From a virus (taxonomy: Duplodnaviria; Caudoviricetes): a DNA stretch of 64,000 nt. Positions 1 through 10,682 of the stretch are shown here, piece by piece (position 1 is the first letter of the stretch; every line of letters begins with the position of its first letter). Where the stretch lies: positions 160,001 through 224,000 of IMG/VR virus record IMGVR_UViG_3300031555_003590; one strand, 5' to 3'. The notes beneath the pieces are model-generated. The model worked only from the letters and a program-made list of their open reading frames with translations, did not search any database and was not told the DNA's origin. The position numbers and the translations under genes are program-made.

Positions 1-224
1 GTAGCTTCATTAAAGTCAGTTTCATTATGACATATAACACAGCTACCTTTATCTTTCTTAGTTAATAAGAAATAAAAGTATCTATATCCAGTCATATCTG
101 GTGGGATTAGATTCTTATGTTTAATTTCATAATGATTACCCATTATCCATTTAGCGCTTTTTTTACCCTTTTGCTTATTAACTGGAACTGTAAAATTACA
201 GTGTTGACATCTATACAATCTCAT
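1..224 (-). CDS. zinc-finger protein, 5' part only (runs off window)
   Basis: Not in ORF track; read by hand from ATG at 224 with GGGGTGG RBS: MRLYRCQHCNF...NHYEIKH...GSCVICHNETDFNEA (C2H2-like and CxxC motifs). Confidence 0.7.
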   Translation of the reverse strand, partial: MRLYRCQHCNFTVPVNKQKGKKSAKWIMGNHYEIKHKNLIPPDMTGYRYFYFLLTKKDKGSCVICHNETDFNEA

Positions 225-332
225 ATTGTTTAACCACCCCTTTAAAGTAGTAATTATATTGATTTTTATAATACATGTATATGACACTAAAAAATAATTA
301 TTATGTTAAACTTATATAAGGAGGAATTAAAT

Positions 333-2891
333 ATGGAATCAACAAAGTTTAGACCATTATATGATAAAGATATCACTGATTCTATTAGAGGTCTAATTGA
401 AGAAAGCTCTTATTTAAAAACAAAACTTTTTAAATCTGTTATCTCTGGTGAAAAATTAAACAAAGACATTCCTAAAGCATATAAAAATGCTGTACGAGAT
501 TTTATTAAAATTTGGGAAGATTATTCTAATACTTTATCAGAGAAGATTAAAAGTAGTACTGCTAATATTGGAGTATATACTATTAGTTATACTTTTGCAA
601 AAGAATATATTTATTCTAATGATGATTATGCTTCAGTATTACCTTTTGCAGATGGTGTAATTAAAGGTATTAAATCTGGTAAATTTGATGAAGCTGATGA
701 TGTTGAAGATTTCTTTAAGTATACTGCTAATAAAGCATTTCATGATAAAGGTGATTCTGTAGCAGCTCTACTTGATAATGTTATTAATAATATAGAATTA
801 GATATGATTAATTCTGATACTGCTGAAGTTACTAAATATAATGCAGTACGTAAATATCAAATATTTAAAAGTACTGATGCTAAAGAATTATATAAATCAA
901 TTGATAAAGTGGTTGATTTTTTAACTGATGAAATGGGTGATATTGTTAGAGAAATTAAATCTTCTCATACAAGAATGTTTGTTGCTATGATAAATAACAT
1001 TATTGAATATATTACTTATTCACTTACTGCATATGCAACTCGCATATATTTAATTTCTAAATATGCTAGTCCTTATATTATGAATAATAGAGTTAATGAA
1101 AGATATGTTAACACAATTAGTGAAGCTACTATTACATTATCTGAATCTGATATTATGGTAACTGTAATGCATGATGCACCTGAATTAGAATGTAGAGATT
1201 ATAATAAATATAATTCATTTATGGAAATATTAGATACTTTCTGTAAAGCTGTAGGTGCTGATCCATTATTTGGAACTGATAAACCTAAAGCTGGTAAATA
1301 TTTTCATAGAAGTATGTTAAGTCCTGATAATGAATTTGTATCTAAATTGCTTGGAAATGCATTATATGAATATTTAACTAATTCTGATGCCAGATTTAAT
1401 AATTATAAAGAATTTGTTACTGAAATGAATCATCTATTAAAAGAATATATATACAATTCAACCCAGGCTATTCCTGGATCCACTACTCCTAAACAAGAAA
1501 TTTTACATATAATTCGTAGTGCTAAATATGATGATACTTTATCAGGATATCAAAAGTTAACTAAAGATATGTATTTAGCTTCTGGTGTTATTTTATGTTC
1601 TATTGTAGATATAATTCATAGTGTTGAAAATTGGTTACGTGGAGATATTGGTAGTACTTATTATAATACTACTAATATTAATGATGCTAAAGAAGATATT
1701 AAATTTTTAAAAGATTTATATAATGAATTAGCGGTTTCATTTCTTCATAAAGGTAGAGATATTGAAATGCATATTAATGCATTAAAACAAAATCAATTAG
1801 CTAAATTGCAAAATGATGTTTCTATTAAGATTCCTCATCAGAAAATAAATGATTTAAATTCCAATGAAAATATGATGAGTGCCATTCCTGATACTACTAG
1901 AATTCCAATTGATTTAATGGATATTTATGATACTCCTACATTTGAAGCATTGGAAATGTATGATGATTATTTAAGATCATTACCTGGTATGGAAGATGAT
2001 TCATATTTATCTGAAGCTGCAAATTTATCTAGTATTATTAATGCAATTTTTAGTAGAATTAGATCTGCATTTAATAAATTTATAAATTTTATTAATGATA
2101 AAAGATTTCAATCTGCTCGTAAATGGGTTCTTGATCATACTAATGATCTTATGTCATTAGATTTTAATGGCAAACAAATGTATGTGCTTCCTTATAAAGC
2201 AGACATTAAACTTCCTGATGGATATAAAAATTTAATTAATAAACTTAATGATTTCAATAAAGATGTTGTTGCATCTGAAGAATCTAAAAAATCTTATATT
2301 AAATCTCTATATCCTAGTGAAACTATTTACAATTGGTTTTATTCTAATGAAACTGATAAAAGTGGACCTGAAATGTATCGCAATCATATTTTATTTTATA
2401 AATTAGACGAAACCAAAAAAGAAGTTCCTGCTGCTATTCCTGTTAATGGCAATGCATTACATAACTACGTTAGTGATTGGATTAGTACTATGCGTGGAGC
2501 TCCTGATGTTCTTAATGAATTTAATCGTATTAGATCTGAAATTGAAAATGCTGTAAATAAAATTAAAAATCAAATGGTTACAATTGAAAATGAAGCTAAG
2601 CAGAAAGATATTAATAATGAAAAAGAAAATCCTCCTTCTACACCAGCTTCAACTGAAAATAACAATACTGAAGCTTCTAGTAGTGTTGAAGTTCCACCTA
2701 CCAATCCAAGTAATACAAATGATAATAAAACTAATAATCCTACAACTGGAAATGAAGCATTATTAATGGAAATTCAAACTACTATTATGAGGTTATGGGG
2801 AGCATTAGCTGGGATCTTTATTCAATGTTATTTAACTGAATATAAATATTTAAAAGATGCATATAATCTTGGTCGTCAAAAGTCTAATTAA
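333..2891 (+). CDS. large virion (internal head-like) protein
   Basis: ATG 333 follows AAGGAGG; contains YLSEA followed by an amphipathic helix (SSIINAIFSRIRSAFNKF), as in the other head-family ORFs here. Confidence 0.5.
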   Translation: MESTKFRPLYDKDITDSIRGLIEESSYLKTKLFKSVISGEKLNKDIPKAYKNAVRDFIKIWEDYSNTLSEKIKSSTANIGVYTISYTFAKEYIYSNDDYASVLPFADGVIKGIKSGKFDEADDVEDFFKYTANKAFHDKGDSVAALLDNVINNIELDMINSDTAEVTKYNAVRKYQIFKSTDAKELYKSIDKVVDFLTDEMGDIVREIKSSHTRMFVAMINNIIEYITYSLTAYATRIYLISKYASPYIMNNRVNERYVNTISEATITLSESDIMVTVMHDAPELECRDYNKYNSFMEILDTFCKAVGADPLFGTDKPKAGKYFHRSMLSPDNEFVSKLLGNALYEYLTNSDARFNNYKEFVTEMNHLLKEYIYNSTQAIPGSTTPKQEILHIIRSAKYDDTLSGYQKLTKDMYLASGVILCSIVDIIHSVENWLRGDIGSTYYNTTNINDAKEDIKFLKDLYNELAVSFLHKGRDIEMHINALKQNQLAKLQNDVSIKIPHQKINDLNSNENMMSAIPDTTRIPIDLMDIYDTPTFEALEMYDDYLRSLPGMEDDSYLSEAANLSSIINAIFSRIRSAFNKFINFINDKRFQSARKWVLDHTNDLMSLDFNGKQMYVLPYKADIKLPDGYKNLINKLNDFNKDVVASEESKKSYIKSLYPSETIYNWFYSNETDKSGPEMYRNHILFYKLDETKKEVPAAIPVNGNALHNYVSDWISTMRGAPDVLNEFNRIRSEIENAVNKIKNQMVTIENEAKQKDINNEKENPPSTPASTENNNTEASSSVEVPPTNPSNTNDNKTNNPTTGNEALLMEIQTTIMRLWGALAGIFIQCYLTEYKYLKDAYNLGRQKSN

Positions 2892-2906
2892 ATTAACTTT
2901 ATTAAT

Positions 2907-2937
2907 ATTGGAGAGGGGAAATAATCCCCTCTCCAAT
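2907..2937. terminator. palindromic hairpin, probable intrinsic terminator
   Basis: attggagagggg-aaataat-cccctctccaat just after stop codon. Confidence 0.7.
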
Positions 2938-2949
2938 TATATTTTTAAT

Positions 2950-2959
2950 TATATATTAT
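2950..2959 (+). promoter_or_regulatory. candidate early promoter motif TATATATTAT
   Basis: Same 10-mer recurs upstream of non-structural units at 11154(+), 28267(-), 33057(-). Confidence 0.45.
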
Positions 2960-3013
2960 AATTATAATGAATGACTATATGTTATGTAAATTAAGAAGAA
3001 ATGAGGTTTAATT

Positions 3014-4534
3014 ATGTCAGATAATTATTATGAAAAAATATATAAAGAATTAATGGATTCAGAATCATCACTTTATACTCCATCAATTTTTGATAGTAAA
3101 AATAGTTATATATTTGATGATGACGATGGTGAAGATTTTATTACTAGTAAAGAATTAGTTAATATAGAAGATAAAAAGGATAAACATCTTCCATTAGTTG
3201 GTACTAGTGATGAGCCAATTGAAGAAGATGTTTATTTTAAAAGGTTTAGAAATAATTATGAGCACAAATATACACAAAAAGAGCTTGATGCAATGAGAGC
3301 TTCATGTAAAGGTACTATCGTTCATGATTTTAGTGAGAAAGATATTTATCATATGAGTGATGAAGAACGTAAAGAAAGAGATATGTTAAATGAAATTTCT
3401 GATAAACTTCAGAGAGTTAAAGGAACATATCGTAAAGTTGATGATTGGATTGAAGCAATGAGAACAGTAGTCCAGGCATGGGAAATGTTAGAAGAAAAAG
3501 GCAATTATATTCATACAGAAAAAGAATTCTTTGAAATGGTTGCTAATGGTAAAATTGTATCTAATAGAATTATCATGCCTAAATTAAAGAAGATGAATAA
3601 TTATGATACAGATACATTGATTAAATATATTAGTAATCCTGAATTAGATACTACTGATCTCATTCCAATACAACAATCTGAACCTGATGATGATTGGTAT
3701 GATTTTGCTATTACTGAAACTGAAGAATATGAATTATATTCTAAAGAATATATCGATTCTTTAACTGATGAAGATTTGAAAAATAAAACTGATGATCAGT
3801 TAGAAGAAGAGGCCGATCAATATGCAAAGGATAAAATCGAATTAAATGAATCAATGAGATATTTATCTCCTGATGAAGCTGAATATATTAATAAATATAA
3901 AAATAATCCTGAATCATTTAGAGTTAAAGATATTAAACGTAAATTGATTAAGGGTTATGATAAGAAGAGTTTTACTTATGGTAAAAAGAAAAAAGATAAT
4001 AAGAAAAAGAATAAGATTGAAAAATATCGAATTGATTCTCTCCATGATATTTTAAATAGAATTCAAAATGATTCTATTAATCGTTCTGATTATAAATATA
4101 ATAGAAGTTTTATGATAACTAATAGTATGTTTGATTCTGTAAAACCTCCTAAGAGTATATTTGATGATATGAGACTTGATGGAAGTTGGGCTGATAAAAA
4201 TGCTATGTATTTATATGATCTTGCAATTAGAGAAGAGTTATTAAAACAACATCCTCCTAGAAGTAAATATATGACATATGCTGATCAAGAATTGCAAAAA
4301 TTCTTTAAATTATTAGAAGAAAATGGAGTTAATACTCTTACTCTTAGACGTAAGATGGATATTCCTGTAGATGGTGGTTCTGCTTCTATCGAAGAGAAAG
4401 CTACAAAGAAGGAGAATAAGAAAATGGAAAGTGCTCTTATTCAAAGAATTACTAAGCTTAATAATAATGATAAATTCAAAAAGATTATTAGTAAAGCAGA
4501 AAAGGCTTTAAATAAACAATTTGAAGAATATTAA
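3014..4534 (+). CDS. hypothetical protein (highly charged)
   Basis: 506-aa ORF with GAGG RBS; no recognised motif. Confidence 0.8.
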   Translation: MSDNYYEKIYKELMDSESSLYTPSIFDSKNSYIFDDDDGEDFITSKELVNIEDKKDKHLPLVGTSDEPIEEDVYFKRFRNNYEHKYTQKELDAMRASCKGTIVHDFSEKDIYHMSDEERKERDMLNEISDKLQRVKGTYRKVDDWIEAMRTVVQAWEMLEEKGNYIHTEKEFFEMVANGKIVSNRIIMPKLKKMNNYDTDTLIKYISNPELDTTDLIPIQQSEPDDDWYDFAITETEEYELYSKEYIDSLTDEDLKNKTDDQLEEEADQYAKDKIELNESMRYLSPDEAEYINKYKNNPESFRVKDIKRKLIKGYDKKSFTYGKKKKDNKKKNKIEKYRIDSLHDILNRIQNDSINRSDYKYNRSFMITNSMFDSVKPPKSIFDDMRLDGSWADKNAMYLYDLAIREELLKQHPPRSKYMTYADQELQKFFKLLEENGVNTLTLRRKMDIPVDGGSASIEEKATKKENKKMESALIQRITKLNNNDKFKKIISKAEKALNKQFEEY

Positions 4535-4554
4535 TAATAAGGAGTTAAATAAAT

Positions 4555-5097
4555 ATGAATAACATTCCAACGATAGCATTTATGAATCTTGGACCTTCTG
4601 ATATGGAACATGCCTGCGAAGTTTACGCAGGCATTCCATTAGATACTTTAGAAGAATCTATTAATGATTATTTATCTATATCTGATATTAAATATCATAG
4701 TAATTTTGAATATGTATGCATGGGTCAAATATTATATGATGATTGTAAATTTTTAGAAGATAATACTAGAGATATTTTTATTAATCTATATAAGCATTTA
4801 AGAAATAAATATGGTCAAAAATTTATGGATATAATTGTTACTAAAAATAATGATAAGATAGTTAAAAATATTACTAATGTTATCAACTTTATGTTTGATA
4901 AAGTATTTAAGACTGATACAATTCAAGTTATTTTCTCTAATGTATCTGGTAATAAAAATGAAAAGTCTAATTATCCAAATTTAATTTATTCTGCATTACA
5001 GCAAAACTTTATTATCAAATCTCAAAGAGAGAATGAAATGAATCATTTTATAATTATACAGAAAGGAAGTATACAAAATGTCAACAATGCCAATTGA
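4555..5097 (+). CDS. hypothetical protein
   Basis: 180-aa ORF, AAGGAG RBS. Confidence 0.75.
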   Translation: MNNIPTIAFMNLGPSDMEHACEVYAGIPLDTLEESINDYLSISDIKYHSNFEYVCMGQILYDDCKFLEDNTRDIFINLYKHLRNKYGQKFMDIIVTKNNDKIVKNITNVINFMFDKVFKTDTIQVIFSNVSGNKNEKSNYPNLIYSALQQNFIIKSQRENEMNHFIIIQKGSIQNVNNAN

Positions 5098-5671
5098 GTT
5101 ATATACAGATGGCTCAAGCCTTAACAATCCTGGAGCTTCAGGGTTAGGATATGTAATTAAATATTTTATTGATAAAGATAATGGTGAAATGCCAGAAATT
5201 AAAACTATTGAGGGTAGTCAAGGATTTCGTTTAAGTACTAATAATAGAATGGAAATTTTATCTGCTATTTATGGTATAAAGAAAATTATTGAAATGATTA
5301 ATACAGATGAAAGTTTCAAAGGTTTTAATCAAATAAATGTATTTAGTGATTCTCAATATCTATGCAATGCAATAAATAGTAGATGGATTCAAAGTTGGCA
5401 GCAAAGAGGTTGGATGACTAGTGGGTTTAATGGCAAGACTCCTTCAGCTGTAAAAAATAAAGATTTATGGGAGCAAGTAATTGAACTTCAAAATACTTTA
5501 CATAATATGGGTATTAATTTAACTCTTACTCATATTAAAGGTCATAATGGTAATGAATTTAATGAAAAAGCTGATAAACTTGCAGTTGCAGCATCTACTA
5601 ACTCTTCTGCTCATATTATTGATGAAGAATATGAAAAGACATCTACTATTATGAATAAAAGAAATTATTAA
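5078..5671 (+). CDS. rnhA: ribonuclease HI
   Basis: YTDGS..NPG, TNNRMEI, SDSQY, WQQRGW, VKNKDLW, HIKGH.G..FNEKADKLA motifs. Confidence 0.95.
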   Translation: MSTMPIELYTDGSSLNNPGASGLGYVIKYFIDKDNGEMPEIKTIEGSQGFRLSTNNRMEILSAIYGIKKIIEMINTDESFKGFNQINVFSDSQYLCNAINSRWIQSWQQRGWMTSGFNGKTPSAVKNKDLWEQVIELQNTLHNMGINLTLTHIKGHNGNEFNEKADKLAVAASTNSSAHIIDEEYEKTSTIMNKRNY

Positions 5672-5713
5672 AACTTATTCATAATAATATAAGCGAAAGG
5701 TGGTGCATGACCT

Positions 5714-5860
5714 ATTAGTTACGAAAGTCTTAGATTTCTTCCTGTATTGAATGGTGTTACTATTATTGGTGATAAAAGATTTGAAGATTATGGTCTAGTG
5801 CCAATGAGTGCTGAAGAAATAACAGAAATTCAATTAGAAGTATTTGGGTATGTATTATAA
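5714..5860 (+). CDS. small phage protein, probable ATT start
   Basis: 48-codon frame ISYESLRFLPVLNGVTIIGDKRFEDYGLVPMSAEEITEI... after AAAGGTGGTG RBS; in-frame TGA immediately upstream. Confidence 0.5.
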   Translation: MSYESLRFLPVLNGVTIIGDKRFEDYGLVPMSAEEITEIQLEVFGYVL

Positions 5861-5864
5861 AATC

Positions 5865-5909
5865 AATATAATATGATTGGGGATAATAAATCCCCAATCA
5901 TATTATATT
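5865..5909. terminator. long palindromic hairpin / terminator
   Basis: aatataatatgattgggga...tccccaatcatattatatt. Confidence 0.7.
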
Positions 5910-5915
5910 TTATAA

Positions 5916-5927
5916 AACAAGCAATTA
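5916..5927 (+). promoter_or_regulatory. candidate late promoter AACA-N6-TA
   Basis: AACA AGCAAT TA; same spacing at 17069 and 25592, with variants upstream of other structural genes. Confidence 0.4.
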
Positions 5928-5972
5928 ATTGGTAACGTTCCATAAATAATAAAAGAAAGAAGGGTGAATTAA

Positions 5973-7463
5973 ATGGCAAGAATTATTGAAACTCATTTAA
6001 CTCCAGTAGTTAATCTTGTTATTAGTACAATCTATACTAATGGTAATGTTTCAAATGATGTATTTAAAGAAGAAGATATTATTCAGAATATGAGATATGT
6101 TCTAAATAATGATATTGCTACTATTAGTGGTAGATTGGCAAAAATTAATTATACAAAGAAAACTACAAAACGGAATTATACTACAATTCAAACTGCTAAA
6201 AGTTATTTTTCTGAAGATGTTGTACCATCTTCTATTACTATTGATTGTTCTGAACAGTATAAATCAAAAGTTGTAAATGTTCCAGTAAATGAAATTCTTG
6301 AATTTACTCCTGATGGAGATGAAGTTGAAAGAGTATCTATTGGTTTAAAATATGGAGTACATTTTGATGTTGAATTATCTAATGAAAGTGTAAATTCATT
6401 TAATCTTAATGAAGGAAGTATTTATCAAGAATTTACATATTTAGATCTTACATCTGGTACTGATAAAACTGTAGAAGCTAAGGTTATTGCAATTACATCT
6501 AATTCCGTGTTAAGTCCTACAAGTGTAGTATTTATGGAAAATGGATCTTTAAAAGAGATTGATATTATGTTAGTAAAGAATGTTGCTAATGAAATTGTTG
6601 CTACTGATATTAATGCTACTGCAGTAAATGAAGCTATTCTTACATCTGCTACAGGTATTGTAAATCTATCTCTTGGCGAAATAACAAATGATATTTCTAT
6701 TTCCAAGGATGTTGAAATTATCGGTGCATATCCTGATGTGAAAGTTAATTCCGTTTCTTATAAAGGAAAGGATACTGGAACTATTATTAGTGGAAAGATT
6801 GATGTTACAGAGAATGTATCTCTTACAATGAAAGGTATAACTCTTACTAATGATGCATATTTAAATCTTGTATCAAATGCTTCTAATGTAACACTTGAAA
6901 ATTGTATCATTAAAGATGTAACTCCTTATCAGAATAGATCATATTTATGTTTGACTAAAGGCGAAAATACTCCTATCAAATTGATTGTTAAGGGATGTTA
7001 TTTTGGTTCAAATGTAACTACCGATGATAGTGCATACTATAATGCATTTGAATTAGTTCAGAAACTTGCTGATGGATCTGAAATTTCTGATAACTATTTT
7101 GAAGAGAAAGTTTGTTCTAATAATATTATTTGCATTTATGATGTTGAAGAAAATGCAAATATCTATATTCGTAATAATGTATTTGAATATTCTAGTAATG
7201 CTATTCGAGTTGGTACAAAGGGAGATGCTAAGTGTAATATCTTTGTTGAAAATAATGTTTATTACAAGACTAGTACAACTCCTGAATATGCAGGATTACT
7301 TCTTGTTCAACCATATGGAGTTGCAACTACCAACATGAGTAATGTTAATATTACTTTAAGTGGCAATAAGCATAATGATAAATTGCAACTTTATTATCTA
7401 TATGCAGGAACTAAAGATATGCAATTTACTGATACTAATAAACCCAATATTACTGTTAACTAA
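5973..7463 (+). CDS. probable virion protein with C-terminal right-handed beta-helix (pectin-lyase-like)
   Basis: Repeating strand pattern LTMKGITL, VTLENCII, IVKGCYF, ISDNYF, IRNNVF, VENNVY, LSGNKH. Confidence 0.6.
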   Translation: MARIIETHLTPVVNLVISTIYTNGNVSNDVFKEEDIIQNMRYVLNNDIATISGRLAKINYTKKTTKRNYTTIQTAKSYFSEDVVPSSITIDCSEQYKSKVVNVPVNEILEFTPDGDEVERVSIGLKYGVHFDVELSNESVNSFNLNEGSIYQEFTYLDLTSGTDKTVEAKVIAITSNSVLSPTSVVFMENGSLKEIDIMLVKNVANEIVATDINATAVNEAILTSATGIVNLSLGEITNDISISKDVEIIGAYPDVKVNSVSYKGKDTGTIISGKIDVTENVSLTMKGITLTNDAYLNLVSNASNVTLENCIIKDVTPYQNRSYLCLTKGENTPIKLIVKGCYFGSNVTTDDSAYYNAFELVQKLADGSEISDNYFEEKVCSNNIICIYDVEENANIYIRNNVFEYSSNAIRVGTKGDAKCNIFVENNVYYKTSTTPEYAGLLLVQPYGVATTNMSNVNITLSGNKHNDKLQLYYLYAGTKDMQFTDTNKPNITVN

Positions 7464-7470
7464 ATATTCA

Positions 7471-7500
7471 ATTAGGAGAGGGAAATTTCCCTCTCCTAAT
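7471..7500. terminator. perfect 30-nt palindrome / terminator
   Basis: attaggagagggaaatttccctctcctaat. Confidence 0.7.
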
Positions 7501-7601
7501 ATTTTATTTTTACATATTATATTTACTTTAAAAGATAAAAAATTCATTTCAATATAATAATCCTAAAATTAAAAATTTAATTTCAGAAAGGAAAATATTT
7601 T

Positions 7602-7937
7602 ATGACTGGTAATGAATATCAAAATCTTGCACTGAGAACTGCTGCAATTCCTAAGGATCAAAAAGAAGATATGCTTCGGCATGCTGTATTTGGTTTAGCT
7701 TCTGAAGCTGGTGAAGTAGCTGGTTTAATGCAGAAAGTATATCAAGGTCGTCCATATGATATTGAACATATGAAAAAAGAATTAGGTGATTGTATGTGGA
7801 TGATCGCTGAAGCATGTTTTGCTTTAGGTTTTACAATGGATGATGTTATGGAATTAAATATTGCAAAATTAAAAGCTAGATTTCCTGAAGGATTTACAGT
7901 TGATAATGATACACATCGTAAAGCTGGGGATATTTAA
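7602..7937 (+). CDS. MazG-like nucleotide pyrophosphohydrolase
   Basis: EYQ..A.RT, GLASEAGEV, KELGDCMW, NIAKLKARFPEGF. Confidence 0.9.
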   Translation: MTGNEYQNLALRTAAIPKDQKEDMLRHAVFGLASEAGEVAGLMQKVYQGRPYDIEHMKKELGDCMWMIAEACFALGFTMDDVMELNIAKLKARFPEGFTVDNDTHRKAGDI

Positions 7938-7958
7938 CAGAAAGGGGAATATATTAAA

Positions 7959-10169
7959 ATGATTAATTTACAAATTAGAAAACGAAATGGGCAAGATGTT
8001 CAATTTGATAAATTAAAAATTGTAAAAGCATTAGAAAAAGCTAATAAATCAGTTTCAGTTAATGAAAGATTACCGGAAGAATCTATTCATAATATTGCTG
8101 ATAAAATTGAAAAATATTATAGTAATAGTGAAACATTAGCTAATGTTGAAAGTGTTCAAGATATGGTTATTATAGAAATAATGAAATCTGGGCATTATAA
8201 ATTAGCAAATAATTATATTACTTATAGATATCAGCATGAATTACAACGCAAATCAAATTCTACTGATGATACTATTTTCCATATTGTTGGACGAGATAGT
8301 TCTAATATTAAAGAAGAGAATTCTAATAAAAATCCAGATATTATTCCAACTCAAAGAGATTATATAGCAGGTGAAGTAAGTAAAGATTTAAGTAGAAGAT
8401 ATCTCATTGATAATGATATAATGATGGCTCATGATGAAGGTAAGATTCATTTTCATGATTTAGATTATTTTATTCAACATTCGCATAATTGTTGTCTAGT
8501 AAATCTAGATGATATGTTGCAAAATGGAACTGTTATTAGTGGTACTAAAATTGATAAACCTCATAGATTTTCTACGGCATGTAATATTGCTACACAAATA
8601 ATTGCTCAAGTAGCTTCTTCTCAATATGGGGGTCAGACTATTTCATTAACTCATATTGCAAAATTTGTTGATATTAGTCGTAAAGCTATTCATCGAGAAA
8701 TTATTGAAGATAATAAAATTAATGATATTAATATGACAGATGATCAAATTAATGCAATTACTGAATGTAGGCTAAAAAGGGAAATTAAAGGTGGTATTCA
8801 AACCATTCAATATCAGACCATAACACTAATGACAACTAATGGACAGACTCCATTCATTACTATCTATCTTGATATTACTGAAGCTAAAGATGATGAAATT
8901 TTAAAGAAAGATCTTGCTATGTGTATTGAAGAAATGTTGCTTCAGAGAATTACTGGTGTTAAAAATGAAAAAGGTGTTTGGATTACTCCAGCATTTCCAA
9001 AATTAATTTATGTTACTGATGAATGTAATATTACTGAAGGATCTCCTTATTATTATTTAACTGAACTTGCTGCTAAATGTACTGCTAAGAGAATGGTACC
9101 TGATTATATTTCTTCTAAAATGATGAAGGAATTAAAAGGAGATATTTATGCATGTATGGGTTGTAGGAGCTTTCTTACTCCAGATAGATTTACTAATGTC
9201 CTTAATGAAAATATAAGTAATGCTAAAAATTATGAACCAGGTGTTCATAAATATTATGGAAGGTTTAATTCTGGTGTAGTAACAATTAATCTTCCATTTG
9301 TAGCAATGCAGTCATCTGGAGATATTAATGAATTTTGGAAATTATTTGAAGAGGATTTAGAACTTTGCCATAGAGCTCTTCAAATTAGACATAAACATTT
9401 ACGTGGTACAATTAGTGATGTAGCACCTATACTTTGGCAACATGGTGCTCTTGCTAGATTAGAAAAAGGAGAAACTATTGATAAGCTTCTCTATAATGGA
9501 TATTCAACTATTTCCCTTGGATATGCTGGATTATATGAAGCAGTTAAATATTTAACTGGACACAGTCATACTGATATTGAAGGTAAGGAATTGGCACTTC
9601 AGATTATGCAAAAAATGAACGATAAATGCAAAGAATGGAAAGCTGCTGAAAATATTGATTATTCTGTATATGGCACTCCAATTGAATCTACTACATATAA
9701 ATTTGCTAAAGCATTAAAAGATAAATTTGGTATTGTTAAAGATGTATCTGATCATGGTTATATAACTAACTCATATCATGTAAATGTACGTGAAAATATT
9801 GATGCATTTACTAAATTATCATTTGAGGCAGAATTCCAAGCTCTATCTCCTGGTGGTGCAATTAGCTACATTGAAGTTCCTAATATGAGTAATAATATTC
9901 CTGCTGTAATTTCAGTAATTCAATACATACATGAAAATATTATGTATGCTGAATTAAATACTAAGAGTGACTATTGTCAAGTTTGTGAATACGATGGTGA
10001 AATTAAAATTGTTAATGATAATGGTAAATTAGTTTGGGAATGCCCTAAATGTGGTAACAGAGATCAAAATAAGATGAACGTATCTCGACGTACATGCGGG
10101 TATATCGGAACTAATTTCTGGAATCAAGGTAGAACAGAAGAAATTAGAGATAGAGTTCTACATTTATAA
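7959..10169 (+). CDS. nrdD: anaerobic (class III) ribonucleoside-triphosphate reductase with ATP cone
   Basis: N-terminal IRKRNG ATP cone, IHFHDLD, HNCCLV, MGCRS, TNSYHV, CQVC...CPKCG zinc site, RRTCGY glycyl-radical loop. Confidence 0.97.
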   Translation: MINLQIRKRNGQDVQFDKLKIVKALEKANKSVSVNERLPEESIHNIADKIEKYYSNSETLANVESVQDMVIIEIMKSGHYKLANNYITYRYQHELQRKSNSTDDTIFHIVGRDSSNIKEENSNKNPDIIPTQRDYIAGEVSKDLSRRYLIDNDIMMAHDEGKIHFHDLDYFIQHSHNCCLVNLDDMLQNGTVISGTKIDKPHRFSTACNIATQIIAQVASSQYGGQTISLTHIAKFVDISRKAIHREIIEDNKINDINMTDDQINAITECRLKREIKGGIQTIQYQTITLMTTNGQTPFITIYLDITEAKDDEILKKDLAMCIEEMLLQRITGVKNEKGVWITPAFPKLIYVTDECNITEGSPYYYLTELAAKCTAKRMVPDYISSKMMKELKGDIYACMGCRSFLTPDRFTNVLNENISNAKNYEPGVHKYYGRFNSGVVTINLPFVAMQSSGDINEFWKLFEEDLELCHRALQIRHKHLRGTISDVAPILWQHGALARLEKGETIDKLLYNGYSTISLGYAGLYEAVKYLTGHSHTDIEGKELALQIMQKMNDKCKEWKAAENIDYSVYGTPIESTTYKFAKALKDKFGIVKDVSDHGYITNSYHVNVRENIDAFTKLSFEAEFQALSPGGAISYIEVPNMSNNIPAVISVIQYIHENIMYAELNTKSDYCQVCEYDGEIKIVNDNGKLVWECPKCGNRDQNKMNVSRRTCGYIGTNFWNQGRTEEIRDRVLHL

Positions 10170-10184
10170 GAGTGGAGTAATATT

Positions 10185-10676
10185 ATGTATTATGGAACAA
10201 TAAAACCTAGAGATATTGCAAATGGAACTGGAGTTAGAGTAAGTTTATTTGTATCTGGATGTACTCATAAATGTAAAAGTTGTTTTAATCAAGAATTATG
10301 GGATTTTAATTATGGCACGTTATTCACGGAAAAAACTGAATCTTATATTATTAATGAATTAAAACATAATTTCATTTCAGGATTATCATTATTAGGCGGA
10401 GAACCATTTGATCCTAGAAATCAAGAAACTTTAGTTTCATTTCTTAATAAAGTCAAATATTATATTCCAGGTAAACAAATTTGGTGTTATACTGGATATT
10501 TATTTGAAAATATCAAAGATACTGAAATGATTAAATTAATTGATATTCTAGTAGATGGTCCATTTATTGAAGATTTAAAAGATATTTCTTTAACTTTTAA
10601 AGGATCTTCAAATCAAAGAATTATTGATGTTAAAAAATCTATTAAATCAAATAATATTGTATTGTGGAAGGAATGA
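10185..10676 (+). CDS. nrdG: anaerobic RNR activating radical SAM protein
   Basis: NGTGVRVSLFVSGCTHKCKSCFN, LGGEP, DILVDGPF, FKGSSNQR; adjacent to nrdD. Confidence 0.96.
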   Translation: MYYGTIKPRDIANGTGVRVSLFVSGCTHKCKSCFNQELWDFNYGTLFTEKTESYIINELKHNFISGLSLLGGEPFDPRNQETLVSFLNKVKYYIPGKQIWCYTGYLFENIKDTEMIKLIDILVDGPFIEDLKDISLTFKGSSNQRIIDVKKSIKSNNIVLWKE

Positions 10677-10682
10677 ATATCT

